DNA of 64,000 bases from Armatimonadota bacterium (lineage in GTDB: Bacteria; Bacteroidota; Ignavibacteria; OLB7): assembly GCA_020850315.1 (NCBI GenBank), contig JADZEY010000089.1, positions 1,022 through 65,021 on the forward strand. Reading direction: 5' to 3'. Positions 39,393 through 48,595 of this stretch are shown here, piece after piece; the first letter of the stretch is position 1, and the number at the start of each line of letters is the position of its first letter. The notes under the pieces were generated by a model. The model was not told the DNA's origin. It did not search any database and saw only the letters and a list, made by a program, of their open reading frames with translations. Both the position numbers and the translations under genes were made by a program.

Positions 39393-40913
39393 TTACTCAC
39401 GCACCAACACCATGCTTCCGTACAACCTGCCGTCGCCAGCCAACACAAGTGGCGGCTGCAAGCTGGCCCAAGATGAGGTTCCATCAACCGCGAATTTTTG
39501 GGCAACGATCTGGCTGCTGTACTCCCCCGGATGCTCCAGCGGAACGTCGCGGATGGCCACGATGATAAGCTGCCCCAACGCATCCACCGTTAGCGCGGCA
39601 TCGCGCTCGGGCGTGGGGGTGTTGAATGCGGCCACTGCATAATCCCCTTCCCCCCAGGCTTGCGTCCCATCGGCAGCAATCCGCTGCACGTAGATGTCGC
39701 GGTCGCGGGTGGTGGTGTCGGTGGTTTCCATCGAAAGGTAGAAGTGCCCAAGCCCATCGGCAAGCAACTGTTGATGCGCCACTTGGCCATGCTGCACCCC
39801 TGTCAGCACTGCCTTCTTCCCTTCGTTCCACAGCGGTTTGCCAAGCATATCCAGCCGTTGCATCCCAATAAATGTTTGCCCCCCAATCTGAAGTTTGAAC
39901 GCCACAGCAAGGCCAGCTGGTTCGGCCAAAACAACGGGATCTGTCTCGCGCGCTTTTGCATCGGAGCTCACCAGTGGCAACGATGCTTCATCCATCCATC
40001 GGCGCGAGCCGTCGGGGGAGATGCGTTGTGCAAGGATGTCAACATCGCCGGCTCGTTCCCCAGCGGTGTATTCGATTTCGTAGGCCACATATGCCCCGCC
40101 GGCTCCGTCGCTTACCACTGCGGCATTCCGCTCCAGATGGCGGCTTGTGGCAACGTGCACTGGGTTTGCCGAAGCACCCCACCCGGTTTTGCCGTAGCCA
40201 TCAATCCGCATTGCCAGCAGGTCGCTGGATGCCACGGAATCTTTGGTGATGACAGCGCTTTCGTACACCGCAATCACCCCGCCACGGCTATCGGCCACAA
40301 CTCCGGAAAGAAGTTCGCGCCGTTTCGTCTTGGCGATCCAGGAACCGGATCCCCAGGCTGGCTTCCCATCGGCTCCAATTTTTACGGCTGCAATATCAAC
40401 ATCCCCAAAACTGCTTGCCGAGTAGTGGACTTCGTACAGCACCATGATCGAGCCATCGTACAGTTTCACGGCTTGGGCATTCTGTTCGCTGAAATTGGAG
40501 CGGGCTATTGCGGTGATTTGATTTGTTGAATCCCCCCAAAGGTCGTTTCCTTCACGATCCAGGCGGCGCATCAGAATGTCGCGGTCGCCGGCGTGCGCGC
40601 TTGCGTTATGCTCCACCGTGTACATAAGAAAACAACCGCCATTGGCATCGGGGAGGGTAATGGGGGAAAATTCCTTGTAGCTTTGCCCGCAAATGGAGGC
40701 GGGGGTTGCTGCCGGGGTCTCCAGCCGGCCATCGGTGAAGAAACGGGCAGCGATAATATCCTTATCTCCCGTGCGCTCCCCGCTCAGAAATTGTGCTGGG
40801 AACAACGCTGCAATCCTGCTGATCTGCTGCCCCAAGAGTGTGGTGGTGGTTGCCAACAACATGGTGGCAATGGCAGCAATCAGTTGGGTCAACGTCGGTG
40901 TACTTGGGTTCAT
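39393..40913 (-). CDS. Hypothetical secreted repeat protein, probably a beta-propeller
   Basis: It has a signal peptide (MNPSTPTLTQLIAAIATMLLATTTTLLG). At least five repeats of about 55 aa contain D(R/V)DI...R(I/L)..DG...WG. I recognise no named family. Confidence 0.5.
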   Translation of the reverse strand: MNPSTPTLTQLIAAIATMLLATTTTLLGQQISRIAALFPAQFLSGERTGDKDIIAARFFTDGRLETPAATPASICGQSYKEFSPITLPDANGGCFLMYTVEHNASAHAGDRDILMRRLDREGNDLWGDSTNQITAIARSNFSEQNAQAVKLYDGSIMVLYEVHYSASSFGDVDIAAVKIGADGKPAWGSGSWIAKTKRRELLSGVVADSRGGVIAVYESAVITKDSVASSDLLAMRIDGYGKTGWGASANPVHVATSRHLERNAAVVSDGAGGAYVAYEIEYTAGERAGDVDILAQRISPDGSRRWMDEASLPLVSSDAKARETDPVVLAEPAGLAVAFKLQIGGQTFIGMQRLDMLGKPLWNEGKKAVLTGVQHGQVAHQQLLADGLGHFYLSMETTDTTTRDRDIYVQRIAADGTQAWGEGDYAVAAFNTPTPERDAALTVDALGQLIIVAIRDVPLEHPGEYSSQIVAQKFAVDGTSSWASLQPPLVLAGDGRLYGSMVLVRE

Positions 40914-40997
40914 AGCAATTCCTATCCTGTACCTTGTTTGGGGCAAGATACGTGGAAAACTTCCGAATAACCATCTTCACATATTCAAGAATCTACT

Positions 40998-41870
40998 ATG
41001 CCATATCACGCACTGCTGAACGATCTTTCTATCCTTCGGCTTGTTCAAATTGCTTTGCACGAAGATATCGGCGATGGCGATGTCACAAGCGAATCGCTGC
41101 TGCAACCGGAAGTTTTTGGCGAAGCGGTGATGCTGGCAAAAGCCGATGGAGTGGTGGCCGGAACCGCGATTGCATCGCTGAGTTTCCGGGAAGTTGATGG
41201 TGACGTGAGCTGCGATTGGATTGTTGAGGATGGGGCAACCGTTAGTCCAACAACAGTGATCGGCCAGATTCGTGGGCCGCTGCGGAGCATTATCATTGCC
41301 GAGCGGACTGCGCTGAATTTCATGCAACGGATGTCGGGGGTGGCCACGCTTACCCGCCAGTTTGTTGATGCTGTTGCTGGCACCGGGGCAACAATCTTGG
41401 ACACCCGGAAAACAATCCCCGGCTGGCGATTGCTGGATAAGTACTCGGTGGTGGCCGGTGGCGGGAAAAACCACCGAATGGGGCTGCACGACATGGTGAT
41501 GATAAAGGATAACCACATCGAAGCCTACGGCTCGATAACCGGCGCGGTGAACGCGGCTTCGGAGTGGCTAACGGAGCGGAATCTTCAGCAACGAATACCG
41601 ATTGAGGTGGAAACCCGAACCCTTGAGGAAGTGCGTGAGGCGTTGGAACTGCCAGCAATCGCCCGCATCATGTTTGATAATTTCACGCTGGAGATGATGC
41701 GGCAAGGGGTTACGCTGGTGGCTGGGCGGAAGGAAACCGAGGCATCGGGGGATGTGACGCTGGAGAACGTCCGGCAGGTGGCCCAGACAGGGGTTCAGTT
41801 TATCAGTTCCGGCGCGCTTACTCACTCGGCAAAGGCACTGAACATTTCGTTGGAGATCATTCGGAAGTGA
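40998..41870 (+). CDS. nadC: Nicotinate-nucleotide pyrophosphorylase (quinolinate phosphoribosyltransferase)
   Basis: The conserved blocks DIGDGDVTSESLL, LDTRKTIPGWR and MIKDNHIEA are present. Confidence 0.88.
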   Translation: MPYHALLNDLSILRLVQIALHEDIGDGDVTSESLLQPEVFGEAVMLAKADGVVAGTAIASLSFREVDGDVSCDWIVEDGATVSPTTVIGQIRGPLRSIIIAERTALNFMQRMSGVATLTRQFVDAVAGTGATILDTRKTIPGWRLLDKYSVVAGGGKNHRMGLHDMVMIKDNHIEAYGSITGAVNAASEWLTERNLQQRIPIEVETRTLEEVREALELPAIARIMFDNFTLEMMRQGVTLVAGRKETEASGDVTLENVRQVAQTGVQFISSGALTHSAKALNISLEIIRK

Positions 41871-41915
41871 GGCTGGGGCGATGCTGGGGCAACGCCGCGC
41901 AACCGAAGGGATCGC

Positions 41916-42632
41916 TTACCAGATATTCCCCCAATCGGTTGATGTTGCAACCTTGTAGGCAAGGATAACCGCAAACAGCACAAACGCCCACCCAGCAAAG
42001 CGATAGACCCTTCCGATGAAATTGGTGGGGATGCGGGTTCGGAATTTTATCAGCAACTGGAGTAGCACAAAAAACCAGAGGAACACCCCGCAGCCGAAGC
42101 CAACAGCAAGGATGATGTTATCGGTGGCGGAGGCTCCAACAACGGTTTGCAGGTAGGAATTTGTGCGGAGCGACCCGATCACCAGCGTTAGCGTGGGAAG
42201 GAAGGTGGGGGAGGCGATGTTCATAATGCCAAGCAACGCCCCCAATGCAATCGGAGATTTCAGCCCAAGATTCTGCACCCGTTCTTCCTGCTTCTTCCCC
42301 TTTGTTGCCGATTTCACCACCGCTTGGGATGTTGCTTGAAAGTAGTTCCGAGCCAGGATTATCAGCACCACAATGCACCCAATTTGCACCAGCATCACCA
42401 GCCAGCCGTAGGAGGTAATGGAGCGAAGCAAGGAATCAACAAAAGCAGAGGAAGCAAACGCGGCCAATGCGGCCAACAGCATATCGGCAAATGCGGCACC
42501 AACACCAATCTGTGTCCCGATGTTCCCATTTCCTTCCAGCGCCTGCTTCATCACAGCAATGGAGATTGGGCCCGGTGGAATAGCCAGCGCAAATCCAGCA
42601 AGGGCACCAATCAGCAGATCGCCAACATACAC
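41916..42632 (-). CDS. LysE/RhtB-type amino-acid efflux family membrane protein
   Basis: It has six predicted TM helices and the N-terminal LAIPPGPISIAVM motif typical of LysE-type translocators. It abuts the purF stop codon. Confidence 0.55.
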   Translation of the reverse strand: MYVGDLLIGALAGFALAIPPGPISIAVMKQALEGNGNIGTQIGVGAAFADMLLAALAAFASSAFVDSLLRSITSYGWLVMLVQIGCIVVLIILARNYFQATSQAVVKSATKGKKQEERVQNLGLKSPIALGALLGIMNIASPTFLPTLTLVIGSLRTNSYLQTVVGASATDNIILAVGFGCGVFLWFFVLLQLLIKFRTRIPTNFIGRVYRFAGWAFVLFAVILAYKVATSTDWGNIW

Positions 42633-44189
42633 CTATCCAACCTCCTCAAGCGCAAGTTTGCTGGCCTCCGAGTCAATCTCCACCGGGTAATTTCCGGTGA
42701 AGCAGGCGGTGCAGTAGCCTTCGCCGTTTTCGTGCGGGACGGAGTCGAGCAAGCCTTCGATGGAGAGGTAGTGGAGCGATTCAACGCCAAGCGAATCGCG
42801 AATGGCACTAACGTTAAGATTGAAGTTGTTGGCAATCAATTCTTCCTTGCTGGGGAAGTCCATGCCATACTTGCAGGGGTGGGTGATGGGGGGGGAGCTG
42901 ATCCGGAGGTGAACGCTGCGTGGGGCCGCTTCTTTCACCAGATTCACCAGTGCTTTGCTGGTGGTTCCGCGGACGATGGAGTCATCCACCACCACCACTT
43001 GTTGCCCTTCCAGCACGCCACGAACAACGTTGAACTTCATCTTCACTTTCAGTTCGCGGTTGGATTGGCCCGGGGCAATAAAGGTGCGGCCAACGTAGTG
43101 GTTGCGGATCAGCCCAATTTCATACCGGGTATCTTGATCGTACAACTCCTCGTTCACTTGCCGGAACCCAAGTGTTGCGGTGTTGGAGGAATCGGGGACG
43201 TTAATCACCACAACTTTCCCGCCGGGGCGGTCGCTAATCATGCCGGATTCTTCAGCAAGCCGTTTCCCTAACTTGCGGCGTACCTTATCCACCGAGTGGC
43301 CAAAGATGTGGCTATCGGGGCGGGAGAAGTAGATATACTCAAAAATGCAATGGGCAGGGCGGGGGGTAACGTCGTCAATTTGGTAAGAGTGGATGTGGCC
43401 GGTTCGGACGGTTTCCTCATCAATCACCACGATTTCATTTGGGCGGACATCACGCACATACTCAGCCGACAGGATATCCAACGCGCACGTTTCGCTGGTG
43501 ACGATGTAGGTGTCGCCCAGTTTCCCGATGCAAAGCGGGCGGAAGCCGTGGGGGTCGCGGGCGGCCACAAGGCAATCGTCGGTAAGGATGGTAACGGAGT
43601 AGGCCCCGCGGACCTGGCGCAAGGCATCCCGAATTCTTCCTATGGTGCTATCTTCGCGGCTTCGTGCAATCAAGTGGAGCATGATTTCCGAGTCGGTGGT
43701 GGTTTGGAACAGCACACCATCGTTGCTCAAATTTCGGCGAAGCGTAAGGGTGTTCGTCAAATTCCCATTGTGGGCCAGCGCAAGGTTGCCGTGGTGATAA
43801 TTGACGAAGAAGGGCTGGACGTTGGCCCGTTTGATGTTGTTGCCAGTGGTGGAGTAGCGGTTGTGGCCGATAGAGCAATCGCCCCGGAGGTCCTTCACCA
43901 GGATGTCTTCATTGAAGACATCCAACACCAGCCCATGGTCTTTATGGATGGTGAATGTTCGTTTTCCCGGGCGCGACTGGCTTGGCCGTGAGGCCACAAT
44001 TCCCGCAGCCTCTTGCCCACGGTGCTGAAGCGCATGAAGCGCGTAGTAGGTCATCACCGAGGCCCGTGGGTTATTGAAGATCCCAACCACGCCGCAGTTG
44101 CACAGCGGTTTGTCAATTTCGCGTTGTTGGTCTGTGGCTTCGGACGAATGTGGAAGTTCCATACAGGGAAGTTCAGTGAGAGTGTTCAA
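42633..44189 (-). CDS. purF: Amidophosphoribosyltransferase (glutamine-PRPP amidotransferase) with an N-terminal propeptide
   Basis: The Ntn nucleophile context CGVVGIF and the PRTase motif VVVVDDSIVRGTT are present. The protein is 518 aa. Confidence 0.9.
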   Translation of the reverse strand: MNTLTELPCMELPHSSEATDQQREIDKPLCNCGVVGIFNNPRASVMTYYALHALQHRGQEAAGIVASRPSQSRPGKRTFTIHKDHGLVLDVFNEDILVKDLRGDCSIGHNRYSTTGNNIKRANVQPFFVNYHHGNLALAHNGNLTNTLTLRRNLSNDGVLFQTTTDSEIMLHLIARSREDSTIGRIRDALRQVRGAYSVTILTDDCLVAARDPHGFRPLCIGKLGDTYIVTSETCALDILSAEYVRDVRPNEIVVIDEETVRTGHIHSYQIDDVTPRPAHCIFEYIYFSRPDSHIFGHSVDKVRRKLGKRLAEESGMISDRPGGKVVVINVPDSSNTATLGFRQVNEELYDQDTRYEIGLIRNHYVGRTFIAPGQSNRELKVKMKFNVVRGVLEGQQVVVVDDSIVRGTTSKALVNLVKEAAPRSVHLRISSPPITHPCKYGMDFPSKEELIANNFNLNVSAIRDSLGVESLHYLSIEGLLDSVPHENGEGYCTACFTGNYPVEIDSEASKLALEEVG

Positions 44190-44231
44190 GAAAACCGTTC
44201 AAATCTACGACAGGAAGAGCGTATCACAACA

Positions 44232-45389
44232 ATGAAGATTGCTTTGATTGGCCCAGCGTTTCCGTTACGCGGCGGGATTGCCCACCACACCAATATGCTT
44301 GCCATCTACTTGCGGAAGCATGGCCATGCGGTGGATGTTATCACCTTCCGCCGGCAATATCCCAAAATCCTCTATCCTGGAAGGTTTCAGGAAGAAATAG
44401 GGGATGGGGGTGGGTTTGCGCAGCAAGTACAATCGGAGCGATTGATTGACAGCATGAGCCTCGGCAACTGGAAGCAGGTGGGGGCGTTGCTTCACCAGCG
44501 AAACTACGACCTGATTGCGTTCAAGTATTGGACCCCGATGCTGGCTCCGGCATTTTCCAGCATTGCCAAGCGGGCGCACCACGAAGGGAGGAAGGATATC
44601 ATGGTGATTGTGGACAATCTGTTCCCGCACGAACGCCGGCCAATAGACCGATTGCTCACAGATAAATTTTTCCGCTATTGCAATCTGGCTCTTACTCAAT
44701 CCAGCACAGTCTATCACCAGCTTGCAAGGGCGTACCCCGCAATCCCACAACGGCTGACCCCGCACCCGATGTACGAAAATTTCGGCGCAAAACTGGATAC
44801 CCACCAGGCCCGCAAACAGTTGGGCATTGATTCCCCAAAAGTGTTACTCTTCTTTGGTTTTGTGCGGCAGTACAAAGGGCTGGATCGGTTGCTGTCGGCC
44901 ATGCCGGAAATCGCTCGCCGCCACCCCGATGCGCAGTTGTATGTGGTTGGGGAATTCTTTGGTGGGGAGAAAAAGAAGCAACCGTACATCCAGCAAATCG
45001 AGCAGGGGGGGGTAAGGGATAACATCACCGTTGTGGATCGCTATGTGCCGAACGATGAAGTTGCGCTGTGGTTCTCGGCAGCCGATATGCTTGTCCAGCC
45101 CTACCACTCGGCCACCAACAGCGGGATTGTCCAGATTGCCTACAACTTTGCCACACCGCTGATTGTCACCAACGTCGGCAGCTTAGGTGAAGTGGTGGTG
45201 GATGGCCACACCGGGTTCGTGATTGATGACCCTTCCCCCAATGGAATTGCTGATGCGGTTGATAAGATGTACCACAACGGCACCATCCAGCAATTTTCCC
45301 ACAATATCACCCAAGAACGGAAAAAATATAGCTGGGATGCTTTTGTTGAGGGGATGCTGGAACACGCACGAACCGTTCAGCAACAGTAG
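44232..45389 (+). CDS. Glycosyltransferase family 4 (GT4)
   Basis: The start was trimmed to MKIALIGPAFPLRGGIAHH. The GT-B C-terminal domain carries the E-x7-E-type motif region (ADMLVQPYHSATNSGIVQIAYNFATPLIVTNVGSLGEVV). Confidence 0.72.
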   Translation: MKIALIGPAFPLRGGIAHHTNMLAIYLRKHGHAVDVITFRRQYPKILYPGRFQEEIGDGGGFAQQVQSERLIDSMSLGNWKQVGALLHQRNYDLIAFKYWTPMLAPAFSSIAKRAHHEGRKDIMVIVDNLFPHERRPIDRLLTDKFFRYCNLALTQSSTVYHQLARAYPAIPQRLTPHPMYENFGAKLDTHQARKQLGIDSPKVLLFFGFVRQYKGLDRLLSAMPEIARRHPDAQLYVVGEFFGGEKKKQPYIQQIEQGGVRDNITVVDRYVPNDEVALWFSAADMLVQPYHSATNSGIVQIAYNFATPLIVTNVGSLGEVVVDGHTGFVIDDPSPNGIADAVDKMYHNGTIQQFSHNITQERKKYSWDAFVEGMLEHARTVQQQ

Positions 45390-45680
45390 ATTTGACACAG
45401 GATGGTGTGCTCTCTGAGAAAAAAATCTATGTTTGCCGCTGCTGTCATTTCTTTAGCTCCTTTCCGGCTTACCTGAAACCATTCCGCACGCGAAGCATGG
45501 GACGTGTTCCACATCCTGATGCTGCGTCCATTCATGGATGATTGCTGGCTTGTTGCCAGCCAATCAACAATTCTCAGCCATTGATGTAACACATTCGGTT
45601 TGCGCAGGGTCTTCACTCTGTGCTGCCGGAATACCTCACCGTTTCAACAGGCTCTCCAAAGCCGATAACTGCCTGAAGCC

Positions 45681-47675
45681 ATGACCAAAGCCCTACGCTA
45701 TTACCTTGCCGCAGCCTTGCTTGTTGCTGCTGGCGTGTTGGTGGCAATCAACACAAAATCTTCGCCGAAACCGGCGGCGCGCACCTACACTGGTGTGCAA
45801 TCTTGCCTAACCGCCAACTGCCATGCCGGACAGTATGGCAACGGAGAAAGCTACAAAGGTGCCGCAGCGTTTATGGAAACGATGCACACCAAAATCCACC
45901 AGCGACCAAACCCACAGACCGTAATCATTGACCGCTGGTTCCGCGAAAAACGTGTGTTGAAAATCCACGACCAGGGAATCCCAACGCCTGGGCAGGATAC
46001 GCTGCTGATTGAGCTAAGCAAAGGGGAGCGTGAGGATGAATACTACATCCAGCTCCGCTTCTCGGGTGGGGGCGATTCCTTGCCAAAAATGAAGGTGGGC
46101 TACACCTACGGCGGCAACGGATGGCTGCAACGGTTTTTGGTGGAGATCAACGGAGCCTACTATGTTCCCCCGTTCCAGTATGTGCTTCCTGAATACCGTA
46201 ACCAGTCCGATACCGGTTATTGGGTTGGATTGGATATGCAAAAATGGTACGTGGCAAACGATCCAAATACTGGCAGCGCACGATTCCTCCGCTGGGAAAA
46301 GAATGAGTTCCTGAAACTCTCGTGGGATCACGAGTGTGCTGCCTGCCACGTAAACGGTTTTGGCTTGGTTGTGGATCCCAAACCAGGAACAACCGACACC
46401 GCAAATTATGCAACATGGGTTGGCGTTGCCGAAGGCGACTCCGCTCTGGCCGACCAGAACATTATGATCGGTTGCGAAAGCTGCCACGGCCCCGGCTCGG
46501 AACACGTTGCAAGCCCACGGAAGGATAACATCTTTGCCTTCTCGGTACTCCCCAAAACAAAGGAGGCAACCGACCGCAAATTGGATCTTTGCAACTACTG
46601 CCACACCCGTGGCCCCAGCAAGCCAGGCCGCGTCCATCGCTATCCGTTTGATGAAACCAACAATGAGCCGTTCATCCCAGGTGGCGAACGTCCGCTCAGC
46701 GATTTCTTTTTCGCACGCCCAACGGTCTGGGACGACGGAAAAACTTCCTACGCCCACCACCAGCATGGCGATGATTATGCGCGCTCAACGCAGTATAAAA
46801 GTCACCTGTTCATTGACGGCTGCTCCGATTGCCACTTGTCCCACTACAACAAGCCAGGGCTACCGTTCCAGTTGAAAGATGATTACTACTCATTGGAAGA
46901 TGGCGTTGGCTGCATGAGCTGCCACGGTATTCCAAAGGCGCAGGGAGGAAAGAGTGAGTTCCCAGCCGATAATTTGGGACGTGATACAGTGTTGGAAGGG
47001 AAGACCCTGAACGCACATACGTTCCACTCGCAAGGGGTAAGCCAGTGTGTGAACTGCCACTTCACGGCAACGGCAACCATCTCCTTCGACGGCAAGTTCA
47101 ACTTCACCGATCACAGCTTTAAAGTGGTCTCGCCAGAGGAGACTATTTGGTACTACCGCCGCGGAGCAACCATCGGGGTGATTAACTCCTGCGCTGCGGG
47201 CTGCCACCGCAACGGGCGCGGCGAACGGAACCGCAAGCCAGGCGACCCGCTGGCCCCAGACTTTGGAATCGTAGATCTGAACCCAGTCTTCTATAAGGAG
47301 AAAACGGATAGCCTGTTGGCTGATACGCTGTTCAAGCGTTGGAAGCAGTGGGGATGGTCAACACGGCATAATCAAACTGGAGTTGAGACATCCAACATCG
47401 CCGTCACCGGCATGGCACCAAACCCAATGGTATCCGGCAACACGCTGAACATCCAGTACAATGTGAAGTCCCGCTCGAACGTACGGGTGCAGATTGTGGA
47501 TATGCTTGGCAGGAACATCCGGTACGTTGCCAACGGCATGACCGAGCCAGGGAATCACTCAGTAGTGTGGGATGCCAACGATAACTTTGGCAAGCGGGTG
47601 GCAAGCGGAGCCTACATGGTTCGCATCACAACACCGGCTGGGACCACCAGCGAAAAAGTGATTGTGCTGCCGTAG
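45681..47675 (+). CDS. Secreted multihaem c-type cytochrome with a C-terminal Por/T9SS sorting domain
   Basis: It has a signal peptide and six canonical CXXCH motifs (CAACH, CESCH, CNYCH, CSDCH, CMSCH, CVNCH). There are also variant CX3CH (CAAGCH) and CX4CH (CLTANCH) motifs. The last ~85 aa (MAPNPMVSGNTLNIQYNVKSRSNVRVQIVDMLGRNI...SGAYMVRITTPAGTTSEKVIVLP) match the T9SS C-terminal-domain consensus. Confidence 0.75.
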   Translation: MTKALRYYLAAALLVAAGVLVAINTKSSPKPAARTYTGVQSCLTANCHAGQYGNGESYKGAAAFMETMHTKIHQRPNPQTVIIDRWFREKRVLKIHDQGIPTPGQDTLLIELSKGEREDEYYIQLRFSGGGDSLPKMKVGYTYGGNGWLQRFLVEINGAYYVPPFQYVLPEYRNQSDTGYWVGLDMQKWYVANDPNTGSARFLRWEKNEFLKLSWDHECAACHVNGFGLVVDPKPGTTDTANYATWVGVAEGDSALADQNIMIGCESCHGPGSEHVASPRKDNIFAFSVLPKTKEATDRKLDLCNYCHTRGPSKPGRVHRYPFDETNNEPFIPGGERPLSDFFFARPTVWDDGKTSYAHHQHGDDYARSTQYKSHLFIDGCSDCHLSHYNKPGLPFQLKDDYYSLEDGVGCMSCHGIPKAQGGKSEFPADNLGRDTVLEGKTLNAHTFHSQGVSQCVNCHFTATATISFDGKFNFTDHSFKVVSPEETIWYYRRGATIGVINSCAAGCHRNGRGERNRKPGDPLAPDFGIVDLNPVFYKEKTDSLLADTLFKRWKQWGWSTRHNQTGVETSNIAVTGMAPNPMVSGNTLNIQYNVKSRSNVRVQIVDMLGRNIRYVANGMTEPGNHSVVWDANDNFGKRVASGAYMVRITTPAGTTSEKVIVLP

Positions 47676-47713
47676 CCAGCGGCAACGCCAACCGAACAAC
47701 ATATGGTAGTTGT

Positions 47714-47763
47714 GGAGGCACGGATTCTCTGGGGGAGCAATCTCCCCGCGACTTCGTGCCTCC
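47714..47763 (+). terminator. Compound stem-loop 3' of the cytochrome gene
   Basis: The outer arms GGAGGCACG...CGTGCCTCC enclose an inner GGGGGAG/CTCCCCG hairpin. A GGGGGTTTTCCC tract lies 20 nt downstream. There is no clean U-tract. Confidence 0.35.
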
Positions 47764-47902
47764 CGTGTATCGGGGCTGCTCTTGGAGGGGGTTTTCCCAC
47801 AGTTTGAAAAACGCTGCGACAGCAATCCCTACCTTGAATTCCGTAGCTTGCTTCGGTAGAGCATCAATCTGGGGCTAACCATAATTCTGCGGAATCAACG
47901 CT

Positions 47903-48592
47903 GTGTCTTCCACGCTTGCCAAAGCATTCCAACAAATGGCTGCTGTTGCGGCAAAGGATATCCGAAGCGAGCTTCGTACACGATTCGCGCTGAACTCCCT
48001 TGCAATGGTTGCTGTGGTAACGGTGGTGGTGTTGGTGTATGCCGCCCGCGAGGAGGTGAAGGTCCCCGTGGGGATTGCTTCCGGGATGCTGTGGGTGAGT
48101 ATGTTTTTTACCGCTGTGACTGGGCTTGGCCGCACGTTTGTTAGCGAGGAAGAGCGTGGCACGGTGCTGCTGCTGCGGCTAACAACCTCGGCAATCCCTG
48201 TGTACTTCGGCAAGCTGCTGGTGAATATGCTGTTTGCTGTTGGGGTGAATGCCGTGGTGGGGGTGCTGTACTTGTTCTTCTCCACCAACGTGCAGTTGGG
48301 TTCGCCGTTCGCGCTGCTGGTGGTGCTGCTTCTGTGCAGCTTCGGGTTTGCCGCATCGCTCACAATCGCTTCGGCCATTATCGCCCGCTCCTCCTCCAAA
48401 AGTGCTCTGTTCCCGGTGCTCTGTTTCCCAATTCTGCTGCCGCTGATGGTGCTGGGGATTGACCTTCTTGGCCGTTCGTTTGCTGGCGCAGCGTTGGGCG
48501 TGATGCTTGAACCATTGCTGCTGCTGCTGCTGTACTCAGTGCTGGTGATCGTCGTCAGCTACATCTTGTTCGACTTCCTCTGGAAAGAATAA
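47903..48592 (+). CDS. ccmB: Haem exporter protein B (System I cytochrome c maturation)
   Basis: It has six predicted TM helices and the CcmB-family motif FVSEEERGTVLLLRL. It begins with GTG at 47903; an alternative ATG lies at 47936. No ccmA ATPase gene is adjacent. Confidence 0.72.
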   Translation: MSSTLAKAFQQMAAVAAKDIRSELRTRFALNSLAMVAVVTVVVLVYAAREEVKVPVGIASGMLWVSMFFTAVTGLGRTFVSEEERGTVLLLRLTTSAIPVYFGKLLVNMLFAVGVNAVVGVLYLFFSTNVQLGSPFALLVVLLLCSFGFAASLTIASAIIARSSSKSALFPVLCFPILLPLMVLGIDLLGRSFAGAALGVMLEPLLLLLLYSVLVIVVSYILFDFLWKE

Positions 48593-48595
48593 TCC

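Noticed and set aside
45390-45680. A possible Fur or FNR box upstream of the multihaem cytochrome gene
   Set aside because: Only a near-palindrome (GATTGCTGGC-ttgtt-GCCAGCCAATC) is present. It does not resemble the Fur (GATAATGATAATCATTATC) or FNR (TTGAT-N4-ATCAA) consensus, so no call was made.
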